From the NCBI GenBank assembly GCA_045616225.1, contig JAZLGI010000003.1:749-64748 (forward strand): a stretch of DNA of 64,000 bases. Direction: 5' to 3'. This stretch comes from Sphaerochaetaceae bacterium. Lineage in GTDB: Bacteria; Spirochaetota; Spirochaetia; Sphaerochaetales; Sphaerochaetaceae. Positions within the stretch are counted from its first letter, which is position 1. Each line of letters starts with the position of its first letter. The notes under the pieces are model-generated. The model saw nothing but the letters and a program-made list of their open reading frames with translations. It was not told the DNA's origin and ran no database searches. Below, piece after piece: positions 58,511 to 64,000 of this stretch. A program made the position numbers and the translations under genes.

Positions 58511-60511
58511 ATGTCAAATGCTAAAGATTTGTTCAGACAGAACTTTATTGAATATGCCTCCTATGTAATCAAAGACAGGGCAATTCCTGATATCAAGGAC
58601 GGTCTTAAGCCTGTACAAAGGAGAATTCTCCATACTCTTATAGAGATGGATGACGGAAGATTTCAGAAAGTTGCAAATGTAGTAGGGTCTACAATGCATT
58701 ATCATCCTCATGGAGATGCTTCAATTAAAGAGGCTCTTGTAAATCTTGCAAACTGTGATTTGTTCATAGAAAAGCAAGGTAATTTCGGAAACTTCATGAC
58801 TGGAGATCAAGCAGCCGCAGGAAGATACATAGAGTGTCGTTTGCTTCCTTTTGCAAAGAAGGTTCTCTATAATCCTGAGATTACAGAATATGTAGAATCG
58901 TATGATGGAAGAAGTAAGGAACCTGTACTATTTCCTGCTAAAATTCCTGTTGTCTTGATTCAGGGTACAGAGGGAATAGCTGTTGGTATGTCTACAAAAA
59001 TTCTCCCTCATAATGCTTTGGAAGTTATTGATGCTCAGATTGCTGCTCTAAAAGGAGAGAGTTTTTCTCTGTTTCCTGATTTTCCGGGTGGAGGCATCAT
59101 GGATGTCTCAGATTATCAGGATGGTCTTGGTTCTGTTGCAGTAAGAGCAAAACTTGATACTTCAAACCCTAAGAAAATAATAATTGAAGAACTTCCTTAC
59201 GGAGTGGACAGCGAAAAGATGATTCACTCCATTGAAGAGGCAATTAAAAAAGGCCGTTTAAAGATTCAAAGTGTAAGTGATTATACTGCTGAAAAGGTAA
59301 ATATAGAAATTTGTCTTGCAAAAGGAACTTATACAAAAGATGTTGTAGATGCACTTTATGCCTATACCCTTTGCCAGCAGAAGATATCTGTAAATTGTCT
59401 TCTGATAATGGACAGACTTCCTCATGTGATGACGCTTACAGATGTCATCAAGTATCATTCAGACCACATACTTGCTGTTTCCAAAGCAGAACTTGAGGTA
59501 GAAGAAGGTCATCTGTTTGACAAGCTTCATACAAGGACTCTTGAAAGAATATTTATAGAAGAAAGAATCTATAAACGCATTGAACAGAAGAGAACACAGG
59601 AAGCCGTTGAGGAAGCTGTGAGAACAGGCTTTGAACCTTATAAAGACCAACTTGTAAGAGAGATTACAAAGGATGATATAGAACGTCTTTTAAAAATCCC
59701 AATCAGACGAATATCATTATTTGATATAGAAAAGAATCTTTCTGAAATAGATCAAATCAATGAAGATTTAAAAAAGTGTAAATACAATCTAAATCATCTC
59801 ACGGAGTATTCAATTAACATTCTTAAGGATATAAGAAAAGACCTTGAAGATGAGTTGCATGTCAGAAAGACTCAAATTGCAGATTTTAACCTTGTTGGTG
59901 TCAGAGAAGTTGCAAAACGTGATATGGATTTGAGATTTGACGACACAACAGGATACGTAGGAACCGGTGTGAAGAGTGGAGAAATAATCTCTAAAGTATC
60001 GGAATTTGACAAAATTCTTGTGATTCAGAAAGACGGAACTTACTATTGTTCTCCGGTTGCAGATAAGACTTTCATAGGTAAAGAAATAGCATACATTGGA
60101 CTTTGTGATAAAAATATTCTTGAGGATCAGGTCTTTACTATTATTTTCCAGGATAAGAAGACAAAGGTAACATACATTAAACGTGTAAAGTTTAATTCCG
60201 GCTTTATTATGAACAAAGCCTACAACCTTCTTCCTGATCCTCAAAACAACTCAATGAAAAAGCTCTCTGTTTTGCCAAATGCAGAAGTAACCGTGTCATA
60301 TAAAGGAAAGGGATTAAAAATTACGGAATCTACATTCTTCTTTACAGATTACACTCCAAGGGGGGCAAAATCACAGGGTGTCCAACTGACAAAGAAAGAA
60401 ATTGCATCCATAAGGATTAAGCCTGTAAGGTTAATAACCAGGCAACCTGAAGCAGAAGTTGTTACAGAGCCTAAGGAGAAGGATGAAGATGAGCTTCCAA
60501 GCCTTTTCTGA
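58511..60511 (+). CDS. parC: type IIA topoisomerase A subunit (topoisomerase IV ParC-like, short C-terminal domain)
   Basis: The ATG at 58511 lies 8 nt after GAGGAGG. It has LKPVQRRILH and the active-site Tyr context AAGRYIECRL. At about 666 aa it is much shorter than gyrA (820 aa). Confidence 0.85.
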   Translation: MSNAKDLFRQNFIEYASYVIKDRAIPDIKDGLKPVQRRILHTLIEMDDGRFQKVANVVGSTMHYHPHGDASIKEALVNLANCDLFIEKQGNFGNFMTGDQAAAGRYIECRLLPFAKKVLYNPEITEYVESYDGRSKEPVLFPAKIPVVLIQGTEGIAVGMSTKILPHNALEVIDAQIAALKGESFSLFPDFPGGGIMDVSDYQDGLGSVAVRAKLDTSNPKKIIIEELPYGVDSEKMIHSIEEAIKKGRLKIQSVSDYTAEKVNIEICLAKGTYTKDVVDALYAYTLCQQKISVNCLLIMDRLPHVMTLTDVIKYHSDHILAVSKAELEVEEGHLFDKLHTRTLERIFIEERIYKRIEQKRTQEAVEEAVRTGFEPYKDQLVREITKDDIERLLKIPIRRISLFDIEKNLSEIDQINEDLKKCKYNLNHLTEYSINILKDIRKDLEDELHVRKTQIADFNLVGVREVAKRDMDLRFDDTTGYVGTGVKSGEIISKVSEFDKILVIQKDGTYYCSPVADKTFIGKEIAYIGLCDKNILEDQVFTIIFQDKKTKVTYIKRVKFNSGFIMNKAYNLLPDPQNNSMKKLSVLPNAEVTVSYKGKGLKITESTFFFTDYTPRGAKSQGVQLTKKEIASIRIKPVRLITRQPEAEVVTEPKEKDEDELPSLF

Positions 60512-61184
60512 TTTAAAGAACAGAATACTTTACGAAGACAACCACATTATTGTCGTAAACAAGCTACCCGGAGAGATTGTTCAGGCAGATAAGACCGGTG
60601 ACAGAACTCTTATGGATGATGTTAAAGACTTCATCAAGCAAAGAGACAATAAACCCGGAAATGTCTTTTTGGGTTTGCCGCACAGATTGGACAGACCCAC
60701 GAGCGGAATTGTTATCCTTGCCAAAACAAGCAAAGCCTTGGAACGACTCTCGGAGATGTTCAGAGACGGGAGTGTAGACAAATACTACTGGGCTGTAGTT
60801 GACAAACCAATGCCCCATGAAAGCGGCAGATTAACTCATTGGATAAGAAGAAACGAAAAAGAAAACAAAAGTTATGCTTATACAGATGAAAAACAAAATA
60901 CAAAGAAAGCAGAACTGGACTACAGAATTCTGGCTAAGAGTGAAAAATACTACTTATACGAAATAAAACTCCTCACTGGAAGACATCATCAGATAAGAGC
61001 GCAGTTTGCGGCCTGCAATGTTCACATTAAAGGTGATTTGAAATATGGATTTCCAAGATCCAATCAAGATGGCGGTATTTGTCTTCATTCCCATGAAGTT
61101 TGTCTACTTCACCCTGTAAGCAAAAAAGAAATAAAAGTAATCGCAGACCCTCCTGAAGAACGTATTTGGCAACTTTTTGATTGA
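60489..61184 (+). CDS. RluA-family pseudouridine synthase (no S4 domain)
   Basis: The catalytic motif is HRLDRPTSG, together with TGRHHQIR. The start is 60483 or 60489, after AAGGAGAAGG, and it overlaps the parC 3' end. Confidence 0.85.
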   Translation: MSFQAFSDLKNRILYEDNHIIVVNKLPGEIVQADKTGDRTLMDDVKDFIKQRDNKPGNVFLGLPHRLDRPTSGIVILAKTSKALERLSEMFRDGSVDKYYWAVVDKPMPHESGRLTHWIRRNEKENKSYAYTDEKQNTKKAELDYRILAKSEKYYLYEIKLLTGRHHQIRAQFAACNVHIKGDLKYGFPRSNQDGGICLHSHEVCLLHPVSKKEIKVIADPPEERIWQLFD

Positions 61185-61346
61185 ATTGATTACAAAACCT
61201 CAATTTTCATAGCATTTTTTTATGTTTAAAGAAATTGTTTAGATTTAGATTCAGTTACATATAAAGTTGACAGCCTTATTTTTATGGCTTACCATGAATA
61301 TCGGGTTTTGATGCCCATAGCGCACTAAGAAAAATAGGAGAACAGT

Positions 61347-62699
61347 ATGAACGCTTACATTGAAAGTGTTATCGCTAACGTTAAGGCAAAGCATAAGGAT
61401 GAGCCAGAATTTGTCCAGACAGTAGAAGAAGTTCTTTCTTCACTTTCACCTGTTGTAGATGCACATCCAGAGTATGAGAAGGCAGACCTTCTTAACAGAA
61501 TGTGTGAACCAGAGAGAATGTTCACATTTAGAGTTGTATGGACAGATGATGCAGGAAAGACTCACACAAACATTGGTTATCGCTGCCAGTTCAACGGAGC
61601 CATTGGACCTTATAAGGGTGGTCTTAGATTCCAGCCAAACGTATATCCTGGAATTATTAAGTTCCTCGGTTTTGAGCAGACATTCAAAAACTCACTCACA
61701 GGACTTCCTATGGGTGGTGGAAAAGGTGGTTCAGACTTTGATCCAGCCGGCAAATCAGATGCAGAAGTCATGCGTTTCTGCCAGAGCTATATGACAGCTC
61801 TTTACAGATACATTGGTCCGGATGTAGACGTTCCTGCAGGAGATATGGGTGTTGGCGGAAGAGAAATTGGTTATCTCTATGGTCAGTACCGCAGACTCAA
61901 GGGTGTTTGGGAGAACGGAGTTCTCACAGGTAAGGGATTCAGCTATGGTGGATCACTCATCAGACCTGAAGCAACAGGATACGGAGCAATTTATTATCTT
62001 TGTGAAGTTCTCAAACATGAGAATGACAAGATTGAAGGAAAGAGACTTGCTATCTCCGGTTACGGCAACGTAGGTTGGGGAATCATGAAGAAGGCTATGC
62101 AGCTTGGTGCAAAGGTTACATACTTTGCAGGTCCGGATGGATACATTCATGATCCAGAAGGTGTTACAACAGAAGAGAAGCTCAACTTCATCCTTGAGAT
62201 GAGAGCAAAAGATCCAATGCACTGCAAACCATATGCAGATAAGTTCGGTTGTGAATTTGTTCCTGGTCAGAAGTGCTGGGGCGTAAAGGACGTAGATGTC
62301 TATATGCCTGCTGCAACACAGAATGATGTTAAGATGGAAAGTGCAGAGAAGATTGCTGCCAGTGGCGTAAAGTATTATATAGAAGTTGCTAATATGCCAA
62401 CAACAAATGATGCTCTTAACTTCCTCAGACAGCAGAAGCACATGATTGTTGCTCCTTCAAAGGCTGTAAATGCAGGTGGTGTTGGTGTTTCAGGTCTTGA
62501 AATGTCACAGAACTCAGAGCGTCTTGTTTGGACAGCAGAAGAAGTAGATTCACAGCTTCACAAGATGATGACAAACATCCACAAAGTTTCTGCAGAAGCT
62601 GCTGAGAGATACGGCTTTGGTTATGACCTTGTTGCCGGTGCAAATATTGCAGGCTTCCAGAAGGTTGCAGATGCAATGATGGCTCAGGGTTTGTTCTGA
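61347..62699 (+). CDS. gdhA: NADP-specific glutamate dehydrogenase
   Basis: 450 aa with LPMGGGKGGSDFDP and GYGNVG Rossmann motifs. The sequence is hexameric-GDH-like throughout. Confidence 0.95.
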   Translation: MNAYIESVIANVKAKHKDEPEFVQTVEEVLSSLSPVVDAHPEYEKADLLNRMCEPERMFTFRVVWTDDAGKTHTNIGYRCQFNGAIGPYKGGLRFQPNVYPGIIKFLGFEQTFKNSLTGLPMGGGKGGSDFDPAGKSDAEVMRFCQSYMTALYRYIGPDVDVPAGDMGVGGREIGYLYGQYRRLKGVWENGVLTGKGFSYGGSLIRPEATGYGAIYYLCEVLKHENDKIEGKRLAISGYGNVGWGIMKKAMQLGAKVTYFAGPDGYIHDPEGVTTEEKLNFILEMRAKDPMHCKPYADKFGCEFVPGQKCWGVKDVDVYMPAATQNDVKMESAEKIAASGVKYYIEVANMPTTNDALNFLRQQKHMIVAPSKAVNAGGVGVSGLEMSQNSERLVWTAEEVDSQLHKMMTNIHKVSAEAAERYGFGYDLVAGANIAGFQKVADAMMAQGLF

Positions 62700-62722
62700 T
62701 AATATTATTGCAAAATAAAATT

Positions 62723-62776
62723 AAAGGCTGTAACAAAGTCAGATTTTCTGACTGAATGTTGCAGCCTTATCTTTTT
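62723..62776 (+). terminator. nested-hairpin terminator module (copy 2), downstream of gdhA
   Basis: AAGGCTGTAACA-A-AGTCAGA-TTT-TCTGACT-GAA-TGTTGCAGCCTT is followed by ATCTTTTT. It is homologous to the reverse complement of 15872-15913. Confidence 0.75.
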
Positions 62777-62827
62777 GGCCAAAAGCATATCAAACATTAC
62801 AGCAATTTTCAAAAACAATCCTTATTT

Positions 62828-63035
62828 AGTGCTTAAATAAGAATATCCTTTGTTTAAGCACTTTTTTTCTGAAGAAAATAGTGCCTTAATTCTGATTTGC
62901 AAAAATAAGGCACTAAAAACCAGGAAATTTAAGTGCTTAAAACTCAAAGAACTCTTTTTAAGCACTTCAGAAGTAAAAATAACAGTGCTTAAAAATGGAA
63001 AGACTAAAAAAAAGTACTCCTCATAAATCCATTTT
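62828..63035. repeat. 4 x 52-bp tandem array in which each unit forms a stem-loop (AGTGCTTAA...TTAAGCACT)
   Basis: AGTGC starts at 62828, 62880, 62932 and 62984, exactly 52 bp apart. The hairpins are 62828-62862 (10 bp), 62879-62915 (10 bp), 62931-62967 (12 bp) and 62984-63018 (7 bp with a G-U pair). Only the stem arms are conserved, and unit 2 carries a compensatory change (GTGCCTTA/TAAGGCAC). Confidence 0.7.
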
Positions 63036-63231
63036 TCTGTCCCGTTTTGGCGTTCCTTGCACGCATTTTAGCTGAACAGATTAAGACCTACCTTTTAAAA
63101 GAACGCTTACACTCATTGCGTTGTAAGTTAGATTGGACCGGTGATTATGATTTTTTTAGACACTAAAGAAGAAGGAAAAAGTATTATAAGAGGTTTAAAA
63201 ATTATATAGAAATGATATTTGTTTTGTAGAG

Positions 63232-63264
63232 GCAAAACACTAAATCTAGTGTTTTGCTTTTTTT
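63232..63264 (+). terminator. strong hairpin plus T-run about 107 nt upstream of nrdJ (terminator/attenuator; its core also resembles an NrdR box)
   Basis: GCAAAACACTA-AATC-TAGTGTTTTGC (11-bp stem) is followed by TTTTTTT. The inner 16-mer ACACTAAATCTAGTGT (63237-63252) matches the palindromic NrdR-box pattern acaCwAtATaTwGtgt at about 14 of 16 positions. Confidence 0.55.
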
Positions 63265-63370
63265 GTATGCCCTACTGGTATTGTTTTTTGGTATTGCTTT
63301 TAATATCGGCTTATGGTAGTCTTGGTAACGGTGGAAATTGCCCACTTTACTATTTTTATTGGAGAGAAAG

Positions 63371-64000
63371 ATGACACACCTTACACCACTTGGAAGAAAA
63401 ATTTTTCTAGATCGTTATGCTGTAAAAGATGTAAAGAAAGAAACTCTTACCGAAGGAGATCTTGTTGTTGCAGTCAGTAATAATGTAACCGGTCAGAGGG
63501 AAATAGGACACGTGCTTTCAATAGATAATGATGATGTAAAAGTTTTGTTGGAAGACGGAAGAGAAATAAAAACAACAAAAGAAGGTGTAGATAAGCCTAT
63601 AGAAGTAGAACCGGAACAGATGTTTGACCGTGTTGCAAAAGGAATTGCAAAACAGGAAAAACCTGAAATAAGAGATAGATGGACAGATGAATTCAGATGG
63701 CTTTTAGATGACTTTAAATTTGTCCCAGGCGGTAGAATTCTCACAGGTGCCGGAACAGACCAGAATCTTACATATTTTAATTGTTATGTAATTCCTTCTC
63801 CAAAAGATTCAAGAAGAGGAATCATAGAGAGCCTTGGAAATATGACTGAGATTATGTCCAGAGGTGGCGGTGTAGGAATGAATCTTAGCTCTTTGAGACC
63901 ACGCTATGCTTATGTCAAAGGTGTTAACGGACGTTCAAGCGGCAGTGTTTCTTGGGGAGGACTTTTTAGTTTTGTTACAGGTCTTATAGAACAGGGAGGT
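63371..64000 (+). CDS. nrdJ: adenosylcobalamin-dependent (class II) ribonucleotide reductase, 5' part running off the window
   Basis: Hand translation from ATG 63371 (GGAGAG at 63361-66) stays open to base 64000. It gives MTHLTPLGRKIFLDRYAVKD...FKFVPGGRILTGAGTDQNLTYFNCYVIPSPKDSRRGIIESLGNMTEIMSRGGGVGMNLSSLRPRYAYVKGVNGRSSGSVSWGGLF, which are the characteristic NrdJ N-terminal blocks. It is absent from the ORF track because there is no stop in the window. Confidence 0.85.
   Translation, partial: MTHLTPLGRKIFLDRYAVKDVKKETLTEGDLVVAVSNNVTGQREIGHVLSIDNDDVKVLLEDGREIKTTKEGVDKPIEVEPEQMFDRVAKGIAKQEKPEIRDRWTDEFRWLLDDFKFVPGGRILTGAGTDQNLTYFNCYVIPSPKDSRRGIIESLGNMTEIMSRGGGVGMNLSSLRPRYAYVKGVNGRSSGSVSWGGLFSFVTGLIEQGG

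Noticed and set aside
62828-63035. The 52-bp periodic repeat array as a possible CRISPR array.
   Set aside because: Only about 10-bp stem arms are conserved, not a 25-37-bp direct repeat. The non-conserved linker segments between hairpins are about 17 nt, too short for spacers. There are only four units and no cas genes in the window. I report it instead as a structured tandem-hairpin array.
63131-63213. A 20-codon mini-ORF (MIFLDTKEEGKSIIRGLKII) at about 63147-63209 as an nrdJ leader peptide.
   Set aside because: It has no convincing SD and is very short. It lies in AT-rich DNA where such ORFs arise by chance, and I have no conservation evidence.
63036-63370. A possible cobalamin riboswitch in the leader of the B12-dependent RNR.
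   Set aside because: I could not find the conserved B12-box (GCCACTG-like) or the GGGAA...GGTG.AA.TCC core arrangement; only a loose GGTGGAAATTGCC string is present. Class II RNR genes are also not typical B12-riboswitch targets. A covariance-model scan would be needed to exclude it fully.

Overview
This is an AT-rich bacterial chromosomal segment made up almost entirely of core housekeeping genes, and it spans the classical replication-origin neighbourhood. From 7.0 to 28.5 kb every gene is on the minus strand: recR-ybaB-dnaX-djlA-like, pepD, radA, a dual cyclophilin-FKBP PPIase, parB-parA and gyrA-gyrB. At the gyrB|dnaA spacer the orientation flips to plus: dnaA-dnaN-recF-DUF721(DciA-like)-rpmH-rnpA-yidC-jag. 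The remaining genes have mixed orientation: rsmE, aminopeptidase P, lgt, an S41 protease, recX, gpmI, a large GH13-like enzyme, pth, sdaA, leuS, parE/parC-like topoisomerase IV, an RluA-type synthase, gdhA, and the 5' end of a class II ribonucleotide reductase that runs off the window. There is one tRNA-Ser(GGA). The only accessory-looking part is the left 6 kb. It holds a DUF2156-GNAT fusion, a chagasin-type inhibitor lipoprotein, and an operon of two paralogous putative outer-membrane proteins flanking a BspA-type LRR lipoprotein. The gene content (dual-family PPIase, BspA-like LRR lipoprotein, short ParC, DUF721 next to recF) suggests a Treponema-like spirochaete, but that is inference only. 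I found no CRISPR array, transposase, integrase, phage genes, or recognisable defence or toxin-antitoxin operon, and no convincing multi-gene novel system. The most unusual signals are non-coding. (1) Two tandem pairs of DnaA-box-like 9-mers bracket an AT-rich, ORF-free spacer 8.5 kb from dnaA, while the canonical gyrB-dnaA-dnaN spacers are box-poor. (2) A 52-bp x4 tandem array of stem-loops with a compensatory stem change lies between gdhA and nrdJ. (3) A conserved nested-hairpin terminator module occurs twice. (4) A 17-bp-arm palindrome, phased TGTTAT repeats and a tiny hydrophobic ORF sit in one divergent promoter region. All functional calls come from reading the translated ORFs and the DNA by eye; no searches were run.
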